DNA of 64,000 nucleotides, from the NCBI GenBank assembly GCA_002898075.1, contig BDSV01000161.1, positions 8,168 to 72,167 of the forward strand. The letters run 5' to 3'. Source of the DNA: a bacterium BMS3Abin03 (GTDB taxonomy: Bacteria; Bacteroidota; Ignavibacteria; Ignavibacteriales; Ignavibacteriaceae). The position numbers and the translations under genes are program-made. A model generated the notes under the pieces. That model saw only the letters and a program-made list of their open reading frames with translations. It did no database searches and had not been told where the DNA came from. Below are positions 42,967 to 53,093 of this stretch, in pieces. How positions within the stretch are numbered: position 1 is the stretch's first letter; every line of letters starts with the position of its first letter.

Positions 42967-43718
42967 GAAGGAATATTATCATTATCCTGTTCCTAATATT
43001 AATTTCTTTTGCGGCAAATGCACAACAACAAAATACAACTATTCCTTTCCCCAAAATTGGTATTAATATAGGTACAGCCAGTAATCCGCAGGATATATCC
43101 GTTACGCTTCAGATTTTACTATTGATGACCGTATTAGCGTTAGCACCTTCATTATTAATTATGACAACTTCCTATTTGAGGTTAATTATTGCCTTCCATT
43201 TTTTAAAAAGTGCTCTCGGTACCCAACAAATGCCGCCGGGGCAGTTACTTGCCGGGATAGCTTTATTCATAACTTTTTTTATTATGGCGCCGACATGGAA
43301 TAAAGTGAATGATGAAGCTTTAAAACCCTTGATGGATGGTAAAATAACTATGGAACAAGCATACGACAAAGGGGTGCTGCCCATAAGAGAGTTTATGTTT
43401 AAAAATGTAAGAGATGAAGACCTTGCTTTATTTATTGGCTTATCAAAACTAAAAAGACCGAATAACCGTGAAGATCTGCCAACTTATGTATTAGTGCCTG
43501 CATTTGCCTTAAGTGAGTTAAGAGCAGGATTCATCATCGGATTTTTCCTTTTTATTCCATTCATTATGGTTGATATGATAATCTCAAGTATCCTTATGTC
43601 TATGGGTATGATGATGCTTCCGCCTATGTTAATTTCACTACCTTTTAAAATCCTGCTTTTTATTCTTGTTGATGGATGGAATCTGATTGTAGGATCATTA
43701 GTTAGGAGTTTTGCATAA
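42963..43718 (+). CDS. fliP: flagellar export apparatus protein FliP
   Basis: 251 aa. Signal peptide, then LLMTVLALAPSLLIMTTSYLRLIIAFHFLKSALGTQQMPP, which is highly FliP-like. Confidence 0.96.
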   Translation: MRRNIIIILFLILISFAANAQQQNTTIPFPKIGINIGTASNPQDISVTLQILLLMTVLALAPSLLIMTTSYLRLIIAFHFLKSALGTQQMPPGQLLAGIALFITFFIMAPTWNKVNDEALKPLMDGKITMEQAYDKGVLPIREFMFKNVRDEDLALFIGLSKLKRPNNREDLPTYVLVPAFALSELRAGFIIGFFLFIPFIMVDMIISSILMSMGMMMLPPMLISLPFKILLFILVDGWNLIVGSLVRSFA

Positions 43719-43988
43719 ATGACAGAAAGTCTTGTAATAGAAATTCTAACCGAGGTTTTCTACACATCTTTTTTGGTGCTACTACCTGTATTAGGTTTAT
43801 CGCTTATAGTTGGTATTATTATTTCTATTTTTCAGGCGGCAACATCTATACAGGAAATGACTCTAACGTTCGTTCCCAAAATAATGGTAACTGCCCTCGC
43901 TATAATTTTTTTCATGCCCTGGATGCTCGATAAAGTAATCAGCTTAACAGTTAGAATATTTACGATGATTAATACGGTTATTAAATGA
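43719..43988 (+). CDS. fliQ: flagellar export apparatus protein FliQ
   Basis: 89 aa, two TM helices, motif IISIFQAATSIQEMTLTFVPK. Confidence 0.93.
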   Translation: MTESLVIEILTEVFYTSFLVLLPVLGLSLIVGIIISIFQAATSIQEMTLTFVPKIMVTALAIIFFMPWMLDKVISLTVRIFTMINTVIK

Positions 43989-44758
43989 GTGGAATATTAA
44001 TGTCCGATTTTGTAATAGTTCTTTTAATTACTGTGCGCATTACCGGTGCGCTGGTTGCTGCACCTGTTTTTGGTCACAAATCATTGCCTGTTCTCGTTAA
44101 ACTCTTTTTATCGTTATTTATTGCATATCTCATTTTTCTAACACTAGACACTTCTAAAATTCATTTGGAATTAACTCTTTGGTTTCTTGTTTCAAGTGCG
44201 TTAAAAGAAATGTTTGCCGGGTTAATATTAGGATTTATGTTAAATTTTGTTTTTTACGGTGTATTGTATGCCGGGTCGCTGATTGGATTTGATATGGGTA
44301 TTGCAATTTCCAATATGTTCGATCCGGCTGAAGGAATTAACAGCAATGCTATAGGAGAAATGTTATATTTCTCGGCTTTACTTGTTTTTCTTTTAATCAA
44401 TGGTCATCATTATATTATAGAAGGGTTATCCTTTTCCTTTGTGGCAATTCCTATAGGTAATCCCATCCTAACCCAATCTGTTAATGATTTAATAATCAAA
44501 TACTCTGCGCAGGTTTTTATAATTGCGTTAAAAATCGCATCCCCTATAATGGTTTCATTTTTTCTTATACACATTGCAGAAGGAATTATTGCAAGGGTTA
44601 TTCCGCAGATGCAGGTATTCTTTGTGACCCAGCCGTTAAAGCTCGGGCTGGGATTTTTAATACTTGCCGGTATCTCTCCAATTTATATTTATGTAATAAA
44701 AAGTCTTCTGCAAAATTATGAAAATCAGTTGGCTGCAATTATAAGAGCGATGAGTTAA
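43985..44758 (+). CDS. fliR: flagellar export apparatus protein FliR
   Basis: 257 aa, polytopic, in the position between fliQ and flhB. RITGALVAAPVFG motif. Confidence 0.9.
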   Translation: MSGILMSDFVIVLLITVRITGALVAAPVFGHKSLPVLVKLFLSLFIAYLIFLTLDTSKIHLELTLWFLVSSALKEMFAGLILGFMLNFVFYGVLYAGSLIGFDMGIAISNMFDPAEGINSNAIGEMLYFSALLVFLLINGHHYIIEGLSFSFVAIPIGNPILTQSVNDLIIKYSAQVFIIALKIASPIMVSFFLIHIAEGIIARVIPQMQVFFVTQPLKLGLGFLILAGISPIYIYVIKSLLQNYENQLAAIIRAMS

Positions 44759-44763
44759 TAGTT

Positions 44764-45849
44764 ATGCCAGAGGTTGACGGACAAGAAAAAACTGAAAAAG
44801 CGACTCCTAAAAAACTGCTCGAAGGCAGGGAGAAAGGACAGGTTGCAAAGAGTGTAGAAATTAATTCTTTGGCGATTTTTACAATCGGGTTATTACTCCT
44901 TTATATTACAAAGAATTTATTAAGCACTCAATTTGCAACTCTTGCGAAACTAATATTTAGCTCTTTAGATACATTAAGTATAAATCTTAATAATATTACC
45001 TTATTTATTAATAAGATAATCTTTTTTTTCTTAACAGCATTAGCACCGGTATTTATAACAATGATCGTTGTTGCTTTAACAGTAAGTTTTATTCAAGTCG
45101 GCTTTAAAATCAGCCCCAAAGCGTTAGAGCCGAAATTAAGTAAGTTTAATGTATTAAAAGGCGTTAAGAATATATTCTTCTCCTCTCGATCTATTGTGGA
45201 AGCAACAAAATCTCTTTTTAAGTTATTTATAATTGGCGGGTTTGCATACTTTATTCTAAATGATTACGTAAACCAGTCATCAAAATTAGTTGAATTAACT
45301 GTTGCAGAAATTGTTGGGTTTATGTTAAACGCCGCTTACAGTTTGGTCTGGAAAGTTGCAATACTCTTTGCTGCGTTAGCAGGTTTAGATTATGTCTATC
45401 AGAGATATAAATTTAATAAAGATATGATGATGACCAAGCAGGAAATAAAAGAAGAAACCAAGCAGACAGAAGGTGACCCGGTAGTAAAAAGACGTATTCG
45501 TCAAATTCAGCATGAAACTTCACGGAAAAGAATGATGCAAAATGTTCCCGATGCAGACGTGGTTATTACCAACCCCGAACATTACGCTGTTGCTCTCAAG
45601 TATGAAATGGATAAAGAATCTGCACCTAAAGTAGTTGCCAAAGGAGCCGACACAATTGCTCAAAGAATCAAATCTATTGCCAAAGAACACGGGATTCCTA
45701 TTCATGAGAATAAGGAGCTGGCACGTGCACTTTATAAGTATTGTGATGTTGGAGAGCTTATCCCGCAGGAATTATTCCAATCCGTTGCCTCGGTACTGGC
45801 TTATATTTATCGGCTGAGAAGGAATAAAAAGCGCAGGAATATTATATAA
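44764..45849 (+). CDS. flhB: flagellar export switch protein FlhB
   Basis: 361 aa. N-terminus EKTEKATPKKLLEGREKGQVAKS, four TM helices, a MTKQEIKEETKQTEGDP linker, and an autocleavage site that reads NPEH (45571-45582). Confidence 0.95.
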   Translation: MPEVDGQEKTEKATPKKLLEGREKGQVAKSVEINSLAIFTIGLLLLYITKNLLSTQFATLAKLIFSSLDTLSINLNNITLFINKIIFFFLTALAPVFITMIVVALTVSFIQVGFKISPKALEPKLSKFNVLKGVKNIFFSSRSIVEATKSLFKLFIIGGFAYFILNDYVNQSSKLVELTVAEIVGFMLNAAYSLVWKVAILFAALAGLDYVYQRYKFNKDMMMTKQEIKEETKQTEGDPVVKRRIRQIQHETSRKRMMQNVPDADVVITNPEHYAVALKYEMDKESAPKVVAKGADTIAQRIKSIAKEHGIPIHENKELARALYKYCDVGELIPQELFQSVASVLAYIYRLRRNKKRRNII

Positions 45850-45852
45850 GAC

Positions 45853-47904
45853 ATGAAAATATTTAATAAAAATACTGATATAGTTCTTGCGGTTGCATTG
45901 CTTTTAATGCTCGGGCTAATGTTAATGCCTCTGCCTGCCGCAATGTTGGATTTTTTCCTGGCTATAAACATAACTTTGGCGATCTTAATATTTATCGTTT
46001 CACTTTACATAACAAAGCCCCTCGATATTTCAATTTTTCCCGGGCTGTTATTAATACTTACTCTTTTCAGATTATCACTGAATATTAGTTCGACAAGATT
46101 AATTTTACTGAATGGTTATGCCGGTAAAGTAATCGAATCGTTCGGAACTTTTGTTGTTGGTGGAAATTATGTGGTGGGATTTATCGTATTTATAATTCTT
46201 GTGATAATACAGTTTATTGTTATCGTTAAAGGTTCGGGAAGAATTTCGGAGGTGGCTGCAAGATTCACACTCGATGCAATGCCCGGAAAACAAATGGCTA
46301 TAGATGCCGATCTGAACTCCGGTTTAATTACTGAAAATGATGCCCGTACACGCAGAGAGGAAATTAGTAAAGAAGCTGAATTTTACGGTGCGATGGATGG
46401 TGCAAGTAAATTTGTAAAAGGCGATGCAATTGCCGGACTGCTTATAACTATTATCAATATTATAGGCGGATTTATTATCGGTGTTGCACAGCTTAACTTA
46501 ACAATTGGTGAAGCATTAAAAACATATACGATACTTACAATAGGCGACGGGTTAGTTTCTCAGATACCTGCTTTATTAATTGCTACCTCCGCCGGTTTGG
46601 TAATAACCCGCAGCGGCGCAGGCACTGCACTCGATACTCAAATGAAGAGCCAGCTTTTAAAAAATTCCAGGGTTCTGGCTATTGTAGGGGTTGTTGCAAT
46701 TTTATTCGGATTTTTGCCCGGTATGCCGGCCATTCCATTCCTTCTGATTGGTTTAGTATCGGGAGTAGGTTCCTTCTTTGTTAAACGCAGTAAAGATGAA
46801 GAACAACTTCATATTGATGAGGAAGAAACACCTGAAGAAACGGGTGATGAAAAAATAGAGCAATACTTGCAGGTAGACCCGATTGAGATTGAAATTGGAT
46901 ACGGCTTAATTAGTTTGGTCGATGAGAGTGAAGGCGGAAATCTTTTTCAGAAAATTGCTTTTACGAGAAAACATATAGCATTAGAGTATGGCGTTTTAAT
47001 TCCGCCTGTTAGAGTTAGAGACAATTTACAGCTCGAGCCGAACACTTATATAATCAAAATAAAAGGTATTGTCGCTGCTACTTTTGAAATCCATACAGAT
47101 AGATTTCTGGCAATGAATCCCGGGGTCGAAACCACAGAATCGCTCGAAGGTATCCCGGCTAAGGACCCGGCATTCAATCTGCCCAGCTACTGGATTTCTA
47201 AAGCAGAAAAGGAAAAAGCTGAAATTCTCGGGTTTACTGTGGTTGACGGTATTTCCGTGTTATCAACTCATTTACAGGAAACACTAAAGCAGAACTTTGA
47301 TAAAATTCTCTCCCGGCAGGCGGTAAAACAATTATTGGAAAATCTTAAGAAAGAATATCCTGCAGTTATTGATGATATAAACCCGGAAGTTTTATCGCTT
47401 GGTATAATACAAAAAGTACTGCAAAGTCTTCTTAAAGAGCTTATACCCATTAAAGACCTTGTTCAGATATTGGAAGCTCTAATTGATTATTCCAAAGTAA
47501 CAAAAAATGTAGATGTCTTAACAGAATATGTAAGACACGCAATTGGAGATACGATTGCAGCGCTTTATAAAGATGGAAACAATATAATACATGCCGCTGC
47601 TATTGGCGAGGAACTCGAATCGAACATAACCGAAGCATTACAGAATCAAAAAGAAGCAGTACAGACACTTGGATTAAGCCCGGAGCTGTTGAACGAGTTA
47701 AAATTGAGTTTTGAAAATACTTTGGAGAAATTTAAAATGGTAGGTTATCAACCTATTATAATTTCATCGGCAACCATAAGACCGTACTTGTTCAGGTTAA
47801 TTCATTCTACTTTCCAAGAAGCAATATTTTTATCTTTTTCCGAACTTCCTTCCCAAATTGAAATTGAATTTATAGATAAGATAGAGGTAGAATATGCAAC
47901 TTAA
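45853..47904 (+). CDS. flhA: flagellar export gate protein FlhA
   Basis: 683 aa. FHIPEP-region motifs RISEVAARFTLDAMPGKQMAIDADL and EAEFYGAMDGASKFVKGDAIAG. Confidence 0.97.
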   Translation: MKIFNKNTDIVLAVALLLMLGLMLMPLPAAMLDFFLAINITLAILIFIVSLYITKPLDISIFPGLLLILTLFRLSLNISSTRLILLNGYAGKVIESFGTFVVGGNYVVGFIVFIILVIIQFIVIVKGSGRISEVAARFTLDAMPGKQMAIDADLNSGLITENDARTRREEISKEAEFYGAMDGASKFVKGDAIAGLLITIINIIGGFIIGVAQLNLTIGEALKTYTILTIGDGLVSQIPALLIATSAGLVITRSGAGTALDTQMKSQLLKNSRVLAIVGVVAILFGFLPGMPAIPFLLIGLVSGVGSFFVKRSKDEEQLHIDEEETPEETGDEKIEQYLQVDPIEIEIGYGLISLVDESEGGNLFQKIAFTRKHIALEYGVLIPPVRVRDNLQLEPNTYIIKIKGIVAATFEIHTDRFLAMNPGVETTESLEGIPAKDPAFNLPSYWISKAEKEKAEILGFTVVDGISVLSTHLQETLKQNFDKILSRQAVKQLLENLKKEYPAVIDDINPEVLSLGIIQKVLQSLLKELIPIKDLVQILEALIDYSKVTKNVDVLTEYVRHAIGDTIAALYKDGNNIIHAAAIGEELESNITEALQNQKEAVQTLGLSPELLNELKLSFENTLEKFKMVGYQPIIISSATIRPYLFRLIHSTFQEAIFLSFSELPSQIEIEFIDKIEVEYAT

Positions 47905-49024
47905 AAAATACGTTGCCCAAACATTAAAAAGCGCAACTGAACAAATGAAAACCGAGCTGGGCGATGAAGCAATAATTCTTGGTACAAGAGTGCTGCACGA
48001 TAGCCGTTACCCCGGCGGTAAAATGTTTGAGCTGACTGCTGGAATTGATGATGAAGCGGATTACAGCAATTCTTCTAATATGCCGCATCCGGCTAATGAT
48101 GGAGCGTATAAAAGTTTTGAAGAAGAACTTAAGAAAATTTCAGGTAAAGTATCTCAAAGTACATCTGGAATCGATAAAAAGTCAGGGCTGCAAAAACCTG
48201 ATGATAAGCACCGCGGCATTACTAATTCAGCCAAGCCAATCAGGAAAGTAATTGAAGAAACTGTAGAAAGACTTAAAGATAAAGAAATAGATAAACCGAT
48301 TATTAAAAAAATCATACTCCAGTTGAAAAAATATGGTAAGTTCCTTCAACCGGCTGAATTAAACAACTATATAATTACCGGCATTTCTACTATGATACCC
48401 ACTGAAACATTTAGCGTTTCAAAAGGCAGAAAACCTAAAGTTGTTGCACTTGTCGGACCAACCGGGGTGGGAAAAACTACCTGCATTGCTAAATTAGCGA
48501 TCATATCCAAAATAATTCACGAATTAGATGTTGGGTTAATTTCTATCGATACTTATAGAATTGGTGCGTTGGATCAGTTGAAAGTATTTTCCGAAGTAAG
48601 TAGTATTGATATGCTTGTCGCTTATGAAGCGGATGAGCTTACCGGCATTATGAAAGAGTTCAGAAACAAAGATGTAATTTTCATCGATACGGCTGGCAGG
48701 AGTCAGAAAAATTCGGAATTTCTTATTAAAGCCAAGAAATTTTTGCAGAAAGCAAATATTGATGATACATATCTTGTAATGAGTTCTACTTCCAGCACAA
48801 GAACCCTACTCGATATTTCCGAAAAATTCAAAATATTTGATTACAATTCTTTGATTTTTACTAAGATTGACGAAGGTGTTGTCTTTGGTAATATTTTAAA
48901 TTTAATAACAAAAATAAATGTTCCCGCTGTCTTTCTGGCAAACGGACAGGTTATACCGGATGACATAATTTCTGCTGATGCGGATTATATGGCAAGACTT
49001 ATTTACACAGGAAAGATATTTTAA
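47894..49024 (+). CDS. flhF: SRP-type GTPase FlhF
   Basis: 376 aa. G1 GPTGVGKTT, G3 DTAGR, G4 TKIDE. Position after flhA. Confidence 0.9.
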   Translation: MQLKKYVAQTLKSATEQMKTELGDEAIILGTRVLHDSRYPGGKMFELTAGIDDEADYSNSSNMPHPANDGAYKSFEEELKKISGKVSQSTSGIDKKSGLQKPDDKHRGITNSAKPIRKVIEETVERLKDKEIDKPIIKKIILQLKKYGKFLQPAELNNYIITGISTMIPTETFSVSKGRKPKVVALVGPTGVGKTTCIAKLAIISKIIHELDVGLISIDTYRIGALDQLKVFSEVSSIDMLVAYEADELTGIMKEFRNKDVIFIDTAGRSQKNSEFLIKAKKFLQKANIDDTYLVMSSTSSTRTLLDISEKFKIFDYNSLIFTKIDEGVVFGNILNLITKINVPAVFLANGQVIPDDIISADADYMARLIYTGKIF

Positions 49025-49854
49025 TGATCGGGCAGCTAAAGAGAATAATCGAGTTCCAGAATCTTGGTAATAGTAAAACATCTAAACCCAGCCGTAACTT
49101 AATTGCTTTTACCTCCGGTAAGGGAGGAGTTGGTAAAACCGTTCTGTCATTAAATTTGGCTTACCTGCTTAGCCAAAAGGGAAAGAGAGTATTATTTGCG
49201 GATCTCGATGTGAACTTTTCAAACGCTCACATTTTATTGAACATAATAGTACCGAAAAATCTAAAAGACTTTTTTGAAGGGAAGAGTTTATTAAACAATA
49301 TAATATCGAAGGTTGATAACAACTTTTATTTATTAGCAGGTGATTCCGGTTCGATGTATCAGAATACTTACTTGAAAGGGAAGATTAGTTCTTTATTAAC
49401 AGAGCTTAAAAAAATATCGGGCAACTATGATTATGTTATTATCGATACAGGGCAAATGAATGATCGCGAGCAAATGGAAATTTTACTAAGCTCGGATTCT
49501 ATAGTTATCGTTACATCACCCGAGCCGACTGCCGTAATGGATGCTTACGTAATAGTAAAAATATTAAAACAGCAAAATTGTTGTCTAACTAAACATGTCA
49601 TCGTAAATAAGTGTTCTGATGTGCGTGATTCCGATATTACATTCAATAATTTAAACACTGCTACCGAACATTTTCTGAATGAAAAATTGCATCTTATGGG
49701 TTACGTAAACTTTGATTCATTAATTCATAAATCAGTAACATCTCAAAAACTATTTTCAAAAGAATATTTCAACAGTCCTGTTTGCAAACAGATTTCGAAG
49801 CTATCCGGTTCTTTAACTGAATTCGTCCAAGTGGCTAATATTAATCAGTCATAG
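49024..49854 (+). CDS. flhG: MinD/ParA-type ATPase FlhG (FleN/YlxH)
   Basis: 276 aa. Deviant Walker A SGKGGVGKT. Position after flhF. Confidence 0.88.
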   Translation: MIGQLKRIIEFQNLGNSKTSKPSRNLIAFTSGKGGVGKTVLSLNLAYLLSQKGKRVLFADLDVNFSNAHILLNIIVPKNLKDFFEGKSLLNNIISKVDNNFYLLAGDSGSMYQNTYLKGKISSLLTELKKISGNYDYVIIDTGQMNDREQMEILLSSDSIVIVTSPEPTAVMDAYVIVKILKQQNCCLTKHVIVNKCSDVRDSDITFNNLNTATEHFLNEKLHLMGYVNFDSLIHKSVTSQKLFSKEYFNSPVCKQISKLSGSLTEFVQVANINQS

Positions 49855-49875
49855 TATTTCATTTAACTCAAATAT

Positions 49876-49883
49876 GCCGATAA
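49876..49883 (+). promoter_or_regulatory. perfect sigma-28 -10 box (GCCGATAA) without a recognisable -35
   Basis: GCCGATAA at 49876-49883, in the flhG-fliA intergenic region. The expected TAAA 15-16 nt upstream is absent (TTTC). Confidence 0.3.
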
Positions 49884-49963
49884 CAAGCCGGTTTAGTACT
49901 TTTTAATTTATTTTCGGTGGTATAATCTTTGTTTTTTCCCAATAGAATATCTAAAGGTATAAT

Positions 49964-50179
49964 TTGAATCAAGTAATTATTCGCATTGGTTTACTGTTCT
50001 TTTCTCTGGCTGTTATCTTTTTTTTACAAAGAGGACTGCCGTTAATAAATGTTCTATTCAAGTCATTAGTAGTTTTTTTTGTATCGTCAATTTTAATAAG
50101 TGCAGTAGCTTTAATATTTATCAGATCATCGAATCAATACTCAACTCAAAAAAGAAACAATCTATCTCAGCATAAATAA
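49964..50179 (+). CDS. small hypothetical two-TM membrane protein (71 aa, TTG start)
   Basis: Two hydrophobic helices (IIRIGLLFFSLAVIFFL, LVVFFVSSILISAVALIFI). Lies between flhG and fliA. No family recognised. Confidence 0.35.
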   Translation: MNQVIIRIGLLFFSLAVIFFLQRGLPLINVLFKSLVVFFVSSILISAVALIFIRSSNQYSTQKRNNLSQHK

Positions 50180-50190
50180 AGATAAAGAAA

Positions 50191-50829
50191 ATGATTAGTT
50201 CTGAAATGTGGAAGGATTATAAATTAAATTCAAATTCCAATTTGAAGAAGGAAATTATTAAACAATATACCAACCTGGTTTATTATGTAATTAAAAGATC
50301 AAAATTTGTGAATCTGGAAATAATGGATAACGGTGATTTTTTTCAATTTGGAATTGAAGGGCTTAGCGAAGCGATAGACCGGTATGATCCTGATTACGGG
50401 ACTAAATTCGAAACCTATGCAATTCAGAGAATAAGAGGAAAAATTATCGATGAGTTACGTAAAATACAAATTAAGCCGAGGTCGATGACAAACAGTGACG
50501 GCAATAAACCTTATTATACAAATGTTTCTTTAAATCAACCGGCAGATCAGGAAGAAGGATATTTGTTATCTGAAACCATACCGGATGATAAGGAAACCCC
50601 CGAAACTACCACTGAAAAAAACGAAGAAAAATATTTATTAATGAATGCAATAAAAGGATTACCTGAAAAGCAGAGATTAGTTATAACCCTTTATTATTAT
50701 GAGGACCTTACATACAAAGAGATTGCAAAGATTTTAGCTATAACAGTCTCCAGAGTATCACAAATACATTCTCAGGTAGTTAAAATTTTAAGAAGAAACT
50801 TACAGGTGTTAAGTGAAGGTCGTGTTTAA
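50191..50829 (+). CDS. fliA: flagellar sigma factor FliA (sigma-28)
   Basis: 212 aa. Region 2 (FETYAIQRIRGKIIDELR) and region 4 HTH (LTYKEIAKILAITVSRVSQIHSQ). Position after flhF-flhG. Confidence 0.9.
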   Translation: MISSEMWKDYKLNSNSNLKKEIIKQYTNLVYYVIKRSKFVNLEIMDNGDFFQFGIEGLSEAIDRYDPDYGTKFETYAIQRIRGKIIDELRKIQIKPRSMTNSDGNKPYYTNVSLNQPADQEEGYLLSETIPDDKETPETTTEKNEEKYLLMNAIKGLPEKQRLVITLYYYEDLTYKEIAKILAITVSRVSQIHSQVVKILRRNLQVLSEGRV

Positions 50830-51709
50830 AAATATTGTTAGTGCGAGGGAGAAAACCATCGCGGATTTGAAACAAATTAGTTACCTGCCGGTTGATCCGG
50901 ATGCAGTAAACGAAACTGTATTTTTGTTAAAAGACCCGAATGTCAACTTTGCAATGCTTTCAAAAAAAATTCTAAGGGATCATGGATTGCTGACAAGGGT
51001 TTTGAGCAGTGCAAATTCTCCCGGGACAGGATTACCACAAAAAATTTATACAATCGATCGGGCTATAATTATTCTGGGTCTGGAAAAAATTAAAACTATA
51101 ATAACTGAAGCTGCAGAGGATCGTTCATTTATAATGAATGATTCCGATGATTGGTATAGAAACACTTTTTGGAGACATTCTATACTTGTAGCTAACGCCG
51201 CTAAATCTATTTCAGAAGATTTAAGATACAAAAAACCGGGGCACGTGTTTATTACGGGTTTAATGCATGACATCGGAATTTTTATTATCCGGAATTTCTT
51301 TCCCGATGAATACAGCAAAATTGAAGACCTTGCCGAAGAGGATGGATTTTCTCATATCAAAGCTGAAGAAGTGATTCTTGGTTTGAGCCATTCAGAAATA
51401 GGAAAAATATTACTTGAACAGTGGAACCTACCGGATCAAATTTCCGATGCTGTGGAGAACCATCATTTTCCTTCAAATGCAGAAGAAGGAATAATAATTT
51501 CCTCAATTGTTCATCTTGCGGATTTTATGGTAAGCAGATACGGAATGAGTAATAATCACTGGGATAGAAACCTTGTATTAGACGAGGGCATTACTGCGAT
51601 CCTGAAATTAAATAATGGTGAATACGAAGAAAGAATTCCTTTTGCTTACCAAGATATGTTAACGGAAATATTGAGTGAAAAGAGAAAAAAAGAGGAAAAC
51701 TATTCTTGA
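50813..51709 (+). CDS. stand-alone HDOD domain protein
   Basis: 298 aa with a GTG start overlapping the fliA end. HDOD-like motifs (LPVDPDAVNETVFLLKDPNVNFAMLSKKILRDHGLLTRVLSSANS ... IDRAIIILGLEKIK ... GLMHDIGIF ... HSEIGKILLEQWNLP). Confidence 0.75.
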   Translation: MKVVFKNIVSAREKTIADLKQISYLPVDPDAVNETVFLLKDPNVNFAMLSKKILRDHGLLTRVLSSANSPGTGLPQKIYTIDRAIIILGLEKIKTIITEAAEDRSFIMNDSDDWYRNTFWRHSILVANAAKSISEDLRYKKPGHVFITGLMHDIGIFIIRNFFPDEYSKIEDLAEEDGFSHIKAEEVILGLSHSEIGKILLEQWNLPDQISDAVENHHFPSNAEEGIIISSIVHLADFMVSRYGMSNNHWDRNLVLDEGITAILKLNNGEYEERIPFAYQDMLTEILSEKRKKEENYS

Positions 51710-51758
51710 ATTTATAATCAAGTCGATAAATGATTTTAAAAACAAATATTAAAATATA

Positions 51759-53093
51759 GTGAGAGTAATAAAAAATACGGATATAGAGTATAAACCATTT
51801 GTCGGTACAATGAATTATTCAGATGATAAAAAAAATGTTAGCCGCAGACATCCGGAAAACTTCGAACAAAATGATAGGGATACGGAATCGAACGATCTGA
51901 AGGAAATTATAATCTTTGAAAAAGAGATTGAGAAAGCCGGCAGTGTATTAGAAGCGACGGAAGGACTTAATACGTTCTTGAAAAATAAGCTGGAAGTAAT
52001 TAGCACCCAACTATTTTTCTTCGATAAATCGAAAACACAATTAATCCCGGTTGGTATTACCAACAACAATAATACGGTTTCTTTTATACGGCATCTGAAC
52101 AGTGAAGGTTCGATCGATTGGATTTTTCAAAACGATTCCAATTCTAATTTCACCGAGTTAATAACTTATACTGTAAATGGTAACAGCACTAAACTAATTA
52201 TTATTCCAATCATTCAAAAAAATAAAAGGAGGGGGATACTTTTACTAACCTCGCTAAACGATGTCTTTTCAAACAATGAGAAGAGTTACAACCTGGTTCA
52301 ATCTGCCTTGAATTATACCCTGACAAAGATCGAATCACTCTTATATAAATTCCAGGTAAAAGAAGTTACAAAGGAGCTGCAGTTGTATCAGTCAAAAAAC
52401 TTAAATGATCACCGGCTTTTAGCCGTAGGTGAAATGGCAATTGGAGCTATAGAGGAGATTCTAAACCCGATGCAGGTAATATTAAGCTATGCAGACATGT
52501 TGGCTGATGAAAACAACAATTCCAATTCTGATGCGCTAAAGATAATTAAGGAACAGGTTAGCGACGTTACAAAAGTTATTTCGGGTCTTATGAAATTTGC
52601 TCACCGTGATGAAAAATCTCCGGCATTACAACCAATAAATATAAATAATGTAATTAAAGAATATCATAAAATTATTTCGCCGTCGGTTCGTAATAAAAAT
52701 TTTGAATTAATATTAGACCTGCAAAAAAATATTCCGATGATAATTAGTAACAGAGATTATATATACCAGTTGCTAACGAATGTATTTACAATAGTATTAT
52801 CAGGGAACAGCAGCGAAGGCGGAATATTACTGCAAACAAAACACACTAATAATTCTATCTCTATCCGGGTAATCTCCACTGCTTATTTAAACTTGCTGGA
52901 TCATAATAATTCAGAGATAAATTCTGATTTGAGTATCGGGATAATTCAAAAGTTGATGGGTAAACACGAAGGTAATCTAAAAACAAGTTCTAATCCCGAT
53001 ACAGGTTCAACCTTAATTTTAAATTTTCCTTTACAAAGAAAGAAAAATGAAAGAACTAATAAAAAAAGCTGCAATAATCTTTTTGCTTATTAA
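51759..53093 (+). CDS. degenerate histidine-kinase-like protein (pseudokinase: H-box His replaced, G1/G2 boxes lost)
   Basis: 444 aa with a GTG start. The DHp-like segment LAVGEMAIGAIEEILNPMQ aligns to GIAHEINNPL of the neighbouring kinases, with Glu (52452-52454) in place of the phospho-His. The N-box is partly kept (QLLTNVF). G1 reads ISTAYLNL and G2 reads DLSIGI. Confidence 0.7.
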   Translation: MRVIKNTDIEYKPFVGTMNYSDDKKNVSRRHPENFEQNDRDTESNDLKEIIIFEKEIEKAGSVLEATEGLNTFLKNKLEVISTQLFFFDKSKTQLIPVGITNNNNTVSFIRHLNSEGSIDWIFQNDSNSNFTELITYTVNGNSTKLIIIPIIQKNKRRGILLLTSLNDVFSNNEKSYNLVQSALNYTLTKIESLLYKFQVKEVTKELQLYQSKNLNDHRLLAVGEMAIGAIEEILNPMQVILSYADMLADENNNSNSDALKIIKEQVSDVTKVISGLMKFAHRDEKSPALQPININNVIKEYHKIISPSVRNKNFELILDLQKNIPMIISNRDYIYQLLTNVFTIVLSGNSSEGGILLQTKHTNNSISIRVISTAYLNLLDHNNSEINSDLSIGIIQKLMGKHEGNLKTSSNPDTGSTLILNFPLQRKKNERTNKKSCNNLFAY

